64,000 nt of DNA from an uncultured bacterium (GCA_963732385.1 CAVSZB010000005.1:128001-192000); one strand, 5' to 3'; shown: positions 39,260 through 49,017, counted from the stretch's first letter. Made by a program: numbers and translations. Notes: a model not told the origin generated them from the letters alone.

Positions 39260-41257
39260 TCACCGCGGAGGCAGAGCCACCGGAGAAGGCCCGAGCAGCT
39301 CGAGGTTGCGGCGCAGATTTGGATCGGACGGCCGGCGCTGCAGGCCGCGGGTGAACACCTCGCGCGCTTCGTCCCGCAATCCGGTGCGCGCCAGCAACAC
39401 CCCCAGATCGACATAGCCCTGCGGATCGTCGGGCGCCGACGCCACGAACCGCCGCGCCGCCTCGAGCGCCTGCTCCGGACGCCCGGTCCGCCCCAGCACC
39501 ACGATCAGGGCGTGCTGCATCTCCCGATCTTCCGGCCGGTCGCGCAGGTACGACTCCAGACGGGGCAGCGCCGCTTCGCTCCGGCCGTCCTGCAGCAGCA
39601 GGGTGATCAGATCGCGGTCCAGCAGGCCGGGGGGCTGCGCGCGCAGAGCGCCATCGGCCAGTACGCTCTCGGCCTCGACCTGGCGCCCCGCCGCCAACAA
39701 CACCCGGGCCAGCCCCTGCCAGGCCAGCGACTGGGTGGGATCCACTTCCACCGCCTCGCGATAGAGTCGCTCCGCCCGCGCCAGGTCGGGCGCCGCGGTG
39801 GAATGGGCCCAGCGACGCGCCTCGTTCGCCAGTCCGGTCGCTCGCCAGGTGTCGCGCGCAGCGCCGAGGCCCCAGGGCCAGATGATTAGCGCCGCCGTCA
39901 ATCCGACCCCCGCGGCGGCCAGACGGGCGCGGCCACCACGCCGCGCCACCTCCGCCCCCCACCCCCCGGCGAACAGGCAAAGCGCCGGCACCAGCGCCAG
40001 GCGGTAGCGGGAGACGACGAAGAAAAGACTCTGCGCCGCCACGTACAGGACGATCGCCAGCGCCCATGGGCGCCACGCCCGCTCCCGTCCCAGCAACATG
40101 AGGCCGGCCAGCCCGCCGGCCGCGATCACGGCCCACGGCACCGGCAGCCCCCGCAGGAGTGGGGCGTCGCGCGTCCAGGCCGCCAGCGGCGTGACCTGAT
40201 CGATCTCCACGCCGGCGAAGTGCAGCCAGATTTTCTTCAGCCAGAGACCGAGCGAGCGGACCGGATGGTCCTTCGCCCACGCCAGGGCCTGCTCGCGCCA
40301 AAGCGCGTCGGCCTCCGCAGGGCCCGTGAGCCGCCGCCCCATGCGCCCCGACAGGAACGCCACGCCGGCCGGATCGTGCTCGAAGTCGAAACCGGAAAAG
40401 GTGCGGAAGAACCCGTTCGCGTCCTTGCCCTGTCCGATGTAGAAATTCTGCCCGCCGTTGAGCGTCGGCCCGACGAACCGGCCGGACAGAATACTGTTGC
40501 TGATGATGGCCGGGGTGATCACGGCCAGCAGGGTCCCCGCGAGCGCCAGCAGCGGCCGGCGGGAGACACGCCACCGCCCCCGCGCGGACACGGGCGGGAT
40601 CAGCGCCAGCGCCGCCGGCACAACCAGCACCACCGCCACTCCCCTCAGGAGCGTGGCCACGCCGATCAGCGCCCCCAGGAGCGCCGCCCGCCAGGCTCCG
40701 GGTGCGGCGCCGCCCGGCCGGGTCGCCGTGGCCGGCAGCGGCAGCAGACAGAGCGCGAGCGTCACCGTGAAGGTCAGGGGGATCTCCAGCAGCGGCGTGG
40801 TGACGAATACGGCGGCGGGACGATAAAGTGCGAACAGCAGCGGCGGCACGCAGGCCCAGCGCTCCGGCAGCAGACGGCGCGCCGCGAAAAACAGCGCCAG
40901 CACAACGCCGAGCCAGAGCACCGCCTGCAGGATGCGCACGCCGTGGGGCGGCGGTCCGATCCGCGCCCCATCCGTGTCGAGCTCACGCCCGCTGCCGGTC
41001 GCCGCCACGAGCCAAGGATAGAGTGGAGACATCACGGCCGGCTGGTCCGGCAGCAGCCGTCCCCCCTGGATGGCGGCCGCTTCACGCAGATAGTGGGCCT
41101 CGTCGAGCACCGGGATCCGGGTAAGAATGGAGCGATCGAGACTGCGCCACAGCCCCCCCCAGAAGAGCGCCAGCAGGATCAGCCCCAGGCCCCACGCCGC
41201 CAGCCGGCGACGGTCGCGCGTCACCCGCATGCCGTGCCTCCGTGCCGGCCACGCCAC
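39260..41257 (-). CDS. Multi-pass GT-C (PMT/ArnT-like) glycosyltransferase with C-terminal TPRs
   Basis: LDE..Y, PLYP, many TM segments, NGG.NFYIG, FFV.SRYR, TPR tail. Confidence 0.75.
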   Translation of the reverse strand: MAWPARRHGMRVTRDRRRLAAWGLGLILLALFWGGLWRSLDRSILTRIPVLDEAHYLREAAAIQGGRLLPDQPAVMSPLYPWLVAATGSGRELDTDGARIGPPPHGVRILQAVLWLGVVLALFFAARRLLPERWACVPPLLFALYRPAAVFVTTPLLEIPLTFTVTLALCLLPLPATATRPGGAAPGAWRAALLGALIGVATLLRGVAVVLVVPAALALIPPVSARGRWRVSRRPLLALAGTLLAVITPAIISNSILSGRFVGPTLNGGQNFYIGQGKDANGFFRTFSGFDFEHDPAGVAFLSGRMGRRLTGPAEADALWREQALAWAKDHPVRSLGLWLKKIWLHFAGVEIDQVTPLAAWTRDAPLLRGLPVPWAVIAAGGLAGLMLLGRERAWRPWALAIVLYVAAQSLFFVVSRYRLALVPALCLFAGGWGAEVARRGGRARLAAAGVGLTAALIIWPWGLGAARDTWRATGLANEARRWAHSTAAPDLARAERLYREAVEVDPTQSLAWQGLARVLLAAGRQVEAESVLADGALRAQPPGLLDRDLITLLLQDGRSEAALPRLESYLRDRPEDREMQHALIVVLGRTGRPEQALEAARRFVASAPDDPQGYVDLGVLLARTGLRDEAREVFTRGLQRRPSDPNLRRNLELLGPSPVALPPR

Positions 41258-41261
41258 GAGC

Positions 41262-42311
41262 TCAAACGCTGAACCGGATGTTCAGGACATCGCCGTCGCG
41301 CACCTCGTACCCCTTCCCCTCGAGGCGAACCTGGTTGGCCCGCTTCGCCTCGGCCAGTCCGCCGGCCTTCAGCAGATCCTCGCAGGCGCAGACCTCGGCC
41401 CGGATGAACCCGCGCTCCAGATCCGAGTGGATGACCCCCGCCGCCTCCGGCGCCAGGGCGCCCTGCTGCACCGTCCACGCGCGGCACTCGTCCTCGCCGA
41501 CGGTGAAGAAACTGTGCACGCCGAGCGCGCGATACGCGGCGCGGATCGTGCGCGGCAGCGCCGGTTCGGCGATCCCCAGCTCCGCCAGATATTCACCCTG
41601 CTCCGCGGGCGGCAACTGCGCGATCTCCGCCTCGAGACGCGCGCAGAGGTCCACGACCTCCCCGCCGCGCGCCCGGGCCTGCGCGATGAGGGCGGGATCC
41701 ACCCCCGTTTCGGGCCCGTTCAGCACGACGATCAACGGCTTGAGCGTCAGGAACGCAAAGCCCGACACGGAACGCGCCTCATCCGCGGAGACCACCTCGA
41801 GCCGCAGCGGCTCCCCCTTCTCCAGTCGCGCGCGAAAACGCTCCAGAAGCGCCGCCTCAAGCGGACTGGTCGGCTTGTTCCCCCGGCGTCGGTCGGTGGC
41901 GATCCGCTCCAGCCGATTCTCCACGACCTGCAGATCGGCCAGCGCCAGCTCGGTGGCCAGGTCGTCCAGCTCCGTCAGCGGCGCGTACGGCCCGAGACCC
42001 TCGTCGAAACAGCGAGCCACCTGCACGAGGGCGTCCATGCGCCGCCCGTGCTCCAGGAAGCGCACCCCTTCGCGTGCCCCGGCCGCCCCCTCGCCGGCGA
42101 GTCCCGGCACATCGACCCATTCCACCGCGGCCGGGACGGTGCGGCGCGGCCGGAACATGGCCGACAGCAGGTCGAGACGGGGGTCGGGCACCGGCGCCAT
42201 CGCCCGCAACGGCTCCACGCCCCCCTGGCCGACCGGCGCCGCGGCTCCGGTGATGGCGTTGTAGAGCGTGGTCTTGCCCGAATAGCGGAACCCGACGATG
42301 CCGATCTGCAC
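41262..42311 (-). CDS. ychF: YchF/OLA1 family ATPase
   Basis: GIVG...SGKTTL.NA.T, VPDPRL, VDVPGL, AAGVIHSD..RGFIRAEV, EGK.Y.V.DGD...RF.V. Confidence 0.92.
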   Translation of the reverse strand: MQIGIVGFRYSGKTTLYNAITGAAAPVGQGGVEPLRAMAPVPDPRLDLLSAMFRPRRTVPAAVEWVDVPGLAGEGAAGAREGVRFLEHGRRMDALVQVARCFDEGLGPYAPLTELDDLATELALADLQVVENRLERIATDRRRGNKPTSPLEAALLERFRARLEKGEPLRLEVVSADEARSVSGFAFLTLKPLIVVLNGPETGVDPALIAQARARGGEVVDLCARLEAEIAQLPPAEQGEYLAELGIAEPALPRTIRAAYRALGVHSFFTVGEDECRAWTVQQGALAPEAAGVIHSDLERGFIRAEVCACEDLLKAGGLAEAKRANQVRLEGKGYEVRDGDVLNIRFSV

Positions 42312-42414
42312 GCGAACCTCCCGGCGGAAACGGGGGAAGCGACGCCGCCCCGTGCGCCGCGCGTCAATATAATGCATGCCCCGGCCGCCGTCCGGAACAA
42401 AGCCGCGCCGTGGC

Positions 42415-43308
42415 TCAGCCCCTCAGGCGCGCCACGATACCGGCCGCCGGGCGCCCGTCGGGATCGTCGTCCTCCCGGTAGACGAGCGTTTCGAACGGCG
42501 GATCGGGAAACAGGAACGGCAGTTCCCCGGGCGCCAGCAGGAATCGCTGCCGCATGGCGGCCGTGCGCGCCCCCGCGCGCCGGAAGGTGCGGACCATCGC
42601 CACCCCGCCCGGTCTCAGCTTTCCGGGCAGGCTGCGCAGCAACGGACGCTCCAGGTAGCGGAACGCCAGCGCCGCCGCCCAGGGGCCGGGGGGCACCGCG
42701 TCCGGGTCGCACAGGTCGCGGGCCAGCAGGGTGACACGCGCCGGATCGACCCCCTCCGCCCGGATCAGCTCCCGCGCAAGTTCGAGCGCGTCGGGCAGGT
42801 GATCGATGGCCGTGACCGTATAGCCGCGCGCCGCCAGCCAGACGCTCGCCCGTCCGCTGCCGGCTCCGAGATCCAGGATCGGGCCGGCGGCGGGCGGTGG
42901 CAGCAGCGCCGCCTGCTCACGCAGGAAAAGAGGCGGGCGCCAGAGTCCCTTCGCGCCGGGTGCCGTCGTCACGACATCCGACGGCAGCCGCGCCAGGTCC
43001 TCCACATCGAAGAGGCAGGCGTCCACGGAGAGCCGGCAACGCGCCCGCAGGAAATCGCGCGCGGCCCGCGCCGCCGCCGCTGAAGCGGCCAGAATCAGCA
43101 GCGACTCGTGGCGCGATGGCAACAGCACCGCGGGCAGCGCCACAGTCAGCGCCTGCTCACTCCAGGGGGGGGCGGGCAACGGCCGGCTGAAGGCGCCCGC
43201 CACGTGCCCGGCCGTGAAAGAGGCGGCGGGCCGCACGTCCAGCAGATTCCCGATCCGCCAGGCCGGGTGCGTCGGCGCCGCGGACGCCTCGATCAGCGCG
43301 TCGTCCAT
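42415..43308 (-). CDS. Rhodanese-like + TehB-like SAM methyltransferase fusion
   Basis: LLDVR....F.AGHV.GA N-terminus; ILDLGAGSGR..V.LA..GY.VTAID; FRYL.RPL. Confidence 0.75.
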   Translation of the reverse strand: MDDALIEASAAPTHPAWRIGNLLDVRPAASFTAGHVAGAFSRPLPAPPWSEQALTVALPAVLLPSRHESLLILAASAAAARAARDFLRARCRLSVDACLFDVEDLARLPSDVVTTAPGAKGLWRPPLFLREQAALLPPPAAGPILDLGAGSGRASVWLAARGYTVTAIDHLPDALELARELIRAEGVDPARVTLLARDLCDPDAVPPGPWAAALAFRYLERPLLRSLPGKLRPGGVAMVRTFRRAGARTAAMRQRFLLAPGELPFLFPDPPFETLVYREDDDPDGRPAAGIVARLRG

Positions 43309-43405
43309 CCACTACTCCCCGCGCCGACGACGCACGCTAGGCGCGCCGCACGGCATCTGCTAGAATCCGTCATCCGATCCCGCGTCCCGGCGGACGGGGA
43401 GAAAC

Positions 43406-44053
43406 ATGGTTTTGCGCCACACGCTGCTGCTGACCGTCATCGGACCGCTGCTTGCCGCCGCCAGCGAGCGCGGGTTGCTATGCCTGACGTTCATGCATGA
43501 ACGTCACGAGTACCACCTCCGCGCGCGCGCACTAGCCCGTTCATTCGGCCGCGTCGCCGGAGAGGCCGCGCCGCCGGCCGCAAGCGAACCGGCTCCCGAC
43601 GACAACGCCGTCTCCCCCTCCCGAAAACCATCCCCACCGGACCGGCGCGAGGAGGTCGAGGCGGTGGAGGACCCCGCCGCCTTCGCCCCTCTGGCGGCCC
43701 AGTTGGGCGAGTATTTCTGCGGCCGTAGGCAAAATTTCGATCTCGCCCTCGACCTGCGCGGCACCCTGTTCCAGATGCAGGTCTGGCGTCAACTGCTGAA
43801 CATACCTTACGGCCGGCTGCGCACCTATCGGCAGGTGGCCGTGGACATCGGCCGCCCCGGCGCGGCGCGCGCCGCGGGGCAGGCCATCGGCGACAACCCT
43901 GTCGCCATCGTCGTGCCTTGCCACCGCGTGATCGGCTCCGGCGGCAACCTGGTGGGGTTCGGTGGCGGCCTTTCCCTCAAGGGGCAGCTCCTGCGTCTCG
44001 AGGGCCATACCCTGGGTGAGAGGCCCCGGATCGTGGAACCGCGGCTGTTCTGA
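43406..44053 (+). CDS. ogt: Methylated-DNA--protein-cysteine methyltransferase
   Basis: GT.FQ..VW..L..IPYG, NP..IVVPCHRV, LL.LEG. TGcTAGAAT promoter candidate at 43358-43366. Confidence 0.93.
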   Translation: MVLRHTLLLTVIGPLLAAASERGLLCLTFMHERHEYHLRARALARSFGRVAGEAAPPAASEPAPDDNAVSPSRKPSPPDRREEVEAVEDPAAFAPLAAQLGEYFCGRRQNFDLALDLRGTLFQMQVWRQLLNIPYGRLRTYRQVAVDIGRPGAARAAGQAIGDNPVAIVVPCHRVIGSGGNLVGFGGGLSLKGQLLRLEGHTLGERPRIVEPRLF

Positions 44054-44206
44054 GCCGCCGCGCCACGCTTTAGGTAGCATACAATGACCGTCCTGATTTA
44101 TGCTGGCGCTGGAGGCTGCGAAGACCAACCCTACACCCTCGTCGTCTCCCGCCGATAACCGGAAACCAGAACCGTGCCTTCGCTCCCCCGTCATGGAGAG
44201 TGCCGC

Positions 44207-46831
44207 ATGTCGATTGTGAAACGTTTCGTGGTCACGCCAAGCCTGCCAGTGAAGCTGCAGCCGCTGCTGCAGATCGCCCACAACGTCTGGTGGACCTGGA
44301 GTCCCGAGGCGATACAGCTGTTGCGCCGGGTCGACTCCGACCTGTGGGAAAAGCATTCCCACAATCCGGTGGCCCTCCTCGGCAACCTCACTTCGGAGCG
44401 CGTGGACGAACTGCTGCGCGACACGGCGTTCCTCGCGAATCTGGAGCGGGTGAGAGACGAGCTGGAACGGTATCTGACCTTCGAAACCTGGTTCGATCAC
44501 GAGCACGCCGACGACAGGAAGGCCCGCATCGGCTACTTCTCGCTCGAGTTCGGCCTGCACGAGAGCCTGCCGCTCTACTCGGGCGGCCTGGGCATCCTGG
44601 CCGGCGATCATCTCAAGTCGGCCAGTGACCTGGGCATTCCCCTCGTCGGCGTGGGTCTCGCCTATCAGCGGGGCTACTTCCGGCAGTACCTCAACCACGA
44701 CGGCTGGCAGCAGGAGGAGTACCGGGAGAACGACTTTTTCAATATGCCGATGACCGAGGAGCGCGACGAGGCGGGCCAGCCGGTGCTGATCGAGGTGGAG
44801 TTCCCCGGCCGCACGGTCGTGGCGCAGATCTGGCGGGTGCAGGTCGGCCGCAATCCCCTGTTGCTGCTCGACACCAATCTGGCGGCCAACCGCCCCGAGG
44901 ATCGCGAGATCACGAGCGTCCTGTATGGCGGCGATCTCGACCTGCGCATCCGCCAGGAGATCCTGCTCGGCATCGGCGGACTGCGCATGCTGGCGAAGCT
45001 CGGCTACGAGCCGACGGTCTGCCATCTCAACGAGGGCCACTCGGCGTTCCTGAGCCTCGAACGGATCCGGCGGCTGATGCAGATCGAGAAGCTGCCCTAC
45101 CGCACCGCGTTCGAGGTCGTGCGCTCGAGCACGGTGTTCACGACGCACACGCCCGTGCCGGCAGGCAACGACGCCTTCCCCCCCGACATGATCATGCACT
45201 ACCTCGGACCGGTGGCGCGCGATCTCGGGCTCGACACGGACCAGTTCCTCGCCCTCGGCCGGCAGGATGCCGGCAACCGCGTGGAGCCGTTCTGCATGAC
45301 GGTGCTGGCTCTCCGGCTCGCCCAGTTCAGCAACGGCGTGAGCGAGCTGCACGGACGTGTCTCGCGCGCGATGTGGCGCCGCATCTGGCCCGGGGTGCCC
45401 GAGGAAGAGATCCCGATCACCCACGTCACCAACGGGATCCATACCCAGTCGTGGAACTGTTCCGAGATCGCGCGGCTCTACGAGCGGTACCTCGGCCCGC
45501 GCTGGTACGAAGAACCGACGAATCAGCTCGTCTGGGAGCGCGTGGCGCGCATTCCCGACTCCGAACTGTGGCGCAGCCACGAGCGGATGCGCGAGCGTCT
45601 GGTGGGCTTCGTGCGCGGCCGGCTGCAGGCACAGCTGCAGCGGCGGGGCGTCAATCGGGCCCAGATCACCGACGCCGAGGAGGTGCTCGATCCGGAGGCG
45701 CTGACGATCGGCTTCGCGCGTCGCTTCGCCACCTACAAGCGGGCGGACCTGATCATGCGCGACCCGCAGCGCCTCGCGCGCATCCTCAACCATGCCGACC
45801 GGCCCGTGCAGTTGATCTTCGCGGGCAAGGCGCACCCGAAGGACCATCCGGGCAAGGAACTGATCCGCCAGATCATCCACCTGTCGCAGCAGCCGGAATT
45901 CCGCCGCCGCATCGTGTTCATCGAGAACTACGACATCGAGGTGGCGCGCTACATGGTTCAGGGCGTGGATGTCTGGTTGAACAATCCGCGCCGCCCCCTC
46001 GAAGCGAGCGGCACTTCGGGCATGAAGGTGCCGGTCAACGGCGGCATCAACCTCTCCGTTCTCGACGGCTGGTGGTGCGAAGGATACAAGGGCGACAACG
46101 GCTGGGCGATCGGCGCCGGCGAGGAGTACGAAGACACCGCGTATCAGGACGAGGTGGAAGCGCTCGCCCTCTACGACCTGCTCGAGGCCGAGATCGTGCC
46201 GGCGTTCTACGAGCGCGGCAACGACAGCGTGCCGCGCGAGTGGGTGCGCGTGATGAAGAACTCGATGCGTCGGGTCTGCGCGAACTTCAATACCAACCGC
46301 ATGGTCGAGGAGTACGTCCAGCGCTTCTACATCCCCTGCGTCCACGGGGTGGAGCGCCTGGCGTCGGATCAGTACGCCGGAGCCGGTGCGCAGGCGCAGT
46401 GGCGCGCCGACATGGGCTCCCACTGGCCGGATGTGCAGGTGACGGAGGTGCGCGCAGAGATCGACCGCTCCCGCCCGATGGGCTCGCGCCTGCCGGTCAC
46501 CGCCAAGGTCCGGCTGGGCGGTCTGCCCACCACCGACGTCCTCGTGGAGATCTATCACGGACCGCTCGACGCCACCGGCGTCATTGTCCAGGGCGAGACG
46601 ACGACCATGCTCCCCGCCGGCCAGCCGTCAGGCGGACTGCTGACCTATGCGGGCGACATCCCCTGCCGCCGTTCCGGTCTGCGTGGCTTCACGATCCGCA
46701 TCGTGCCGCACCGCGCGGGAACGCTGCTGGGCCGGTTCGAAACGGGGCTCGTGCGCTGGTGGGACACCGAAGGAGCGCCAGCCGTTCCGGGCGCGACGCA
46801 TCCGATCGACGCTTCCACGGCGACGCGCTGA
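44207..46831 (+). CDS. glgP: Alpha-glucan (glycogen/starch) phosphorylase
   Basis: YSGGLG.LAGDH, NEGH, FTTHTPVPAG, FARRFATYKR, EASGTSGMK. Confidence 0.96.
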   Translation: MSIVKRFVVTPSLPVKLQPLLQIAHNVWWTWSPEAIQLLRRVDSDLWEKHSHNPVALLGNLTSERVDELLRDTAFLANLERVRDELERYLTFETWFDHEHADDRKARIGYFSLEFGLHESLPLYSGGLGILAGDHLKSASDLGIPLVGVGLAYQRGYFRQYLNHDGWQQEEYRENDFFNMPMTEERDEAGQPVLIEVEFPGRTVVAQIWRVQVGRNPLLLLDTNLAANRPEDREITSVLYGGDLDLRIRQEILLGIGGLRMLAKLGYEPTVCHLNEGHSAFLSLERIRRLMQIEKLPYRTAFEVVRSSTVFTTHTPVPAGNDAFPPDMIMHYLGPVARDLGLDTDQFLALGRQDAGNRVEPFCMTVLALRLAQFSNGVSELHGRVSRAMWRRIWPGVPEEEIPITHVTNGIHTQSWNCSEIARLYERYLGPRWYEEPTNQLVWERVARIPDSELWRSHERMRERLVGFVRGRLQAQLQRRGVNRAQITDAEEVLDPEALTIGFARRFATYKRADLIMRDPQRLARILNHADRPVQLIFAGKAHPKDHPGKELIRQIIHLSQQPEFRRRIVFIENYDIEVARYMVQGVDVWLNNPRRPLEASGTSGMKVPVNGGINLSVLDGWWCEGYKGDNGWAIGAGEEYEDTAYQDEVEALALYDLLEAEIVPAFYERGNDSVPREWVRVMKNSMRRVCANFNTNRMVEEYVQRFYIPCVHGVERLASDQYAGAGAQAQWRADMGSHWPDVQVTEVRAEIDRSRPMGSRLPVTAKVRLGGLPTTDVLVEIYHGPLDATGVIVQGETTTMLPAGQPSGGLLTYAGDIPCRRSGLRGFTIRIVPHRAGTLLGRFETGLVRWWDTEGAPAVPGATHPIDASTATR

Positions 46832-46849
46832 GCCGCGCCCGGAGCGGCG

Positions 46850-47173
46850 TCAGTCCGCCAGCCCCGGCACGATGCGCCGCAGGTCCTGCACGTATGCCTT
46901 GAAGCGCCGCGCACCGTCTCCGGTCAGCCGGACGATGGTGCGCGGCCGCCGGCCGACGAAACCCTTCTCGATCTCCACCACTCCCCCCTCCTGCAGACGG
47001 GAGAGGTGCACGGACAGTGTGCCGTCGGTCATGCCGGCCAATGCGCGCAGCTCCGTGAACGGAAGCGTTCCGAGGCGGACCAGATGGCAGAGGATGAGCA
47101 GACGCCCCCGGCTGTGCAACAGCTCGGGCAAAGGGGCGCCTGCCGGCGGACGCGCCGCCGAGGAATCATTCAA
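46850..47173 (-). CDS. Winged-helix transcriptional regulator (ArsR/MarR-like)
   Basis: LH...RL.I, F.EL...G.TDG.LS.HL..L...G.V...K.F.GRRP.T...LT..G. TTG start after GGAGG (alternative ATG at 47260). Confidence 0.82.
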   Translation of the reverse strand: MNDSSAARPPAGAPLPELLHSRGRLLILCHLVRLGTLPFTELRALAGMTDGTLSVHLSRLQEGGVVEIEKGFVGRRPRTIVRLTGDGARRFKAYVQDLRRIVPGLAD

Positions 47174-47253
47174 GCCCGCGGGGCCTCCCTGCCCTGCCGG
47201 CGGCCTTCCGTGGCCCCCGGTCCCGGAAGAAGGCGGCGCCTCCCCCGGAGAGC

Positions 47254-47513
47254 GGTTCATCCCGCCAGTACTGGAGCGCCATATCGCTCTTCGCCGGCCA
47301 CTGAGGGCGAAGGAGGCGACGGGGGGGCGGTTCCCGCAACCGGGTGAGCCGCCCCCCGACAACGGCCGGTAGGGGTTCCGTCCCCTTCCCCTTGCGGGGG
47401 TCCTCGGCCTGCAACCGGTGCTCCGTCAGGACCCGGCGCTGTCCAACGGGATGAACCTTTTCACGCCGGTCATCCGGGCTGCCGATCCGGCGCGTCCCGC
47501 GCCCGCGACCGGC
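47254..47513 (-). ncRNA. Candidate structured RNA / long structured leader (unclassified)
   Basis: 11-bp closing stem (47254-64/47447-57) enclosing several hairpins incl. a GCAA tetraloop; separate 5' domain 47465-47513. G-U pairs favour the minus strand. Confidence 0.5.
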
Positions 47514-47519
47514 ACGCAT

Positions 47520-47553
47520 ACTTTATAATTCAAAGTGCTTTGTTCTGTCAAGT
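47520..47553 (-). promoter_or_regulatory. Sigma70 promoter overlapped by tandem ACTTT-N7-AAAGT palindromes
   Basis: Minus strand TTGACA (47546-51) -N17/18- TTATAAA. Palindrome acttt-ataattc-aaagt at 47520-36 and a degenerate copy at 47537-53. Confidence 0.6.
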
Positions 47554-47700
47554 TATTTTTTAGAATTCCTGGGGGCGGGGGAGAGGCCGACCCGGCTGGA
47601 CTTCGCGGGGACGCCCGCTATCTTGAAACGACCGTCACGCGGCGGCGCCGAGGGGGTCGTCGCCGCGCCGGCCAGCCTGTCAGCGAGGAGTCGAATCAAT

Positions 47701-48903
47701 ATGAGCAAGACCGAGAAGTTCATCGCGCTCGAGGAGCAGCACGGCGCCCACAACTACCACCCGCTCGACATCGTCATCCGCAAGGCCGAAGGGGTCTGGG
47801 TGGAGGACGTCGAAGGGAAGCGCTACCTCGATTTCCTGGCCGCCTACTCGGCGGTCAACCAGGGACACTGCCACCCGCGCCTGCTCAAGGTGTTCCGCCG
47901 CCAGGCCGCGCGGGTCACGCTGACCAGCCGCGCCTTCCGCAACGATCAGTTGCCGCTGTTGTGCCGCGAGCTGAGCGAGATGACCGGCTTCCGGCGGGTG
48001 CTGCCGATGAACTCCGGCGCCGAAGCGGTGGAGACGGCGGTCAAGGCGGCGCGCAAGTGGGGCCACAAGGTGAAGGGGATCCCCGACAACCAGGCCGAGA
48101 TCATCACCTGCGCCGGCAACTTCCACGGCCGCACCACGACGATCGTCAGCTTTTCCACCGACGAGCAGTACCGCGACGGCTTCGGCCCCTTCACGCCCGG
48201 CTTCAAGACGATCCCCTACGGAGACACCAAAGCCCTCGCCGCCGCGATCACGCCGAACACCTGCGCCTTCCTGGTCGAGCCGATCCAGGGCGAAGCCGGC
48301 ATCGTCGTGCCACCTGCCGGCTTCCTGAAGCAGGCCGCCGAGATCTGCAAGGCCAACCGCGTGCTGCTGCTCTGCGACGAGATCCAGTCCGGCCTCGGCC
48401 GCACCGGCAAACTGTTCGCCTACGAGTGGGACGGCGTCCGCCCCGACGGCCTGATCATCGGCAAGGCGCTCGCCGGCGGCTTCTACCCCGTCTCGGCCTT
48501 CCTCGCCGACGACGAAGTGATGAACGTCTTCCACCCCGGCGACCACGGCTCCACCTTCGGCGGCAACCCGCTCGGCGCCGCCGTGGCGCGCGAAGCCCTG
48601 CAGGTCATCGTCGACGAGAAGCTCGTCGAGCGCAGCCACGAACTCGGCACCTGGTTCATGGCCAAACTCAACGAGATCAAGAGCAGGAGCATCGTCACCG
48701 CCCGCGGCCGCGGCCTCTGGATCGGCCTGGTGCTGAACACCAAGGCCCGCCCGTACTGTGAAGCGCTGATGGCAGAGGGCGTGCTTTGCAAGGAGACGCA
48801 CGAGAACGTGATCCGTCTGGCCCCGCCGCTGTGCGTGACGAAGAAGGAACTGAGCTGGGCGCTGCGTCGGCTGGAGAAGGTGTTCCGTAAAATCGACGGG
48901 TGA
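47701..48903 (+). CDS. rocD: Ornithine--oxo-acid aminotransferase
   Basis: GAHNYHPL, AYSAVNQGHCHP, MNSGAEAVE, EPIQGEAG, DEIQSGLGRTG, HGSTFGGNPL. Confidence 0.95.
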   Translation: MSKTEKFIALEEQHGAHNYHPLDIVIRKAEGVWVEDVEGKRYLDFLAAYSAVNQGHCHPRLLKVFRRQAARVTLTSRAFRNDQLPLLCRELSEMTGFRRVLPMNSGAEAVETAVKAARKWGHKVKGIPDNQAEIITCAGNFHGRTTTIVSFSTDEQYRDGFGPFTPGFKTIPYGDTKALAAAITPNTCAFLVEPIQGEAGIVVPPAGFLKQAAEICKANRVLLLCDEIQSGLGRTGKLFAYEWDGVRPDGLIIGKALAGGFYPVSAFLADDEVMNVFHPGDHGSTFGGNPLGAAVAREALQVIVDEKLVERSHELGTWFMAKLNEIKSRSIVTARGRGLWIGLVLNTKARPYCEALMAEGVLCKETHENVIRLAPPLCVTKKELSWALRRLEKVFRKIDG

Positions 48904-48927
48904 GGACCAGCGCAGGCACCGATCGCG

Positions 48928-48963
48928 AACAGGGGCGGCCGCAATGCCGCCTCTGTTGTTCTT
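48928..48963 (+). terminator. Intrinsic terminator after rocD
   Basis: aacaggggcggc-cgcaat-gccgcctctgtt followed by gttctt. Confidence 0.55.
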
Positions 48964-49017
48964 GCGGCCCGCTGCCGGCAACCGGACTCGCTGTTTCTGC
49001 GCAGAAAGAGGAATCGC

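Noticed and set aside
47180..47515. Known RNA families (tRNA-Sec, SRP, RNase P, tmRNA, 6S, SAM-I, cobalamin, lysine, raiA)
   Set aside because: Only isolated fragments resemble these (GCCACTG, GCAACC, GGTTC, GCAGGC). The diagnostic cores or their order are missing. Judged from memory; needs cmscan.
47166..47519. 117-aa ORF spanning the structured region
   Set aside because: No recognisable domain or RBS, and Arg/Pro/Gly-rich composition typical of GC-rich non-coding frames. A leaderless peptide is not fully excluded.
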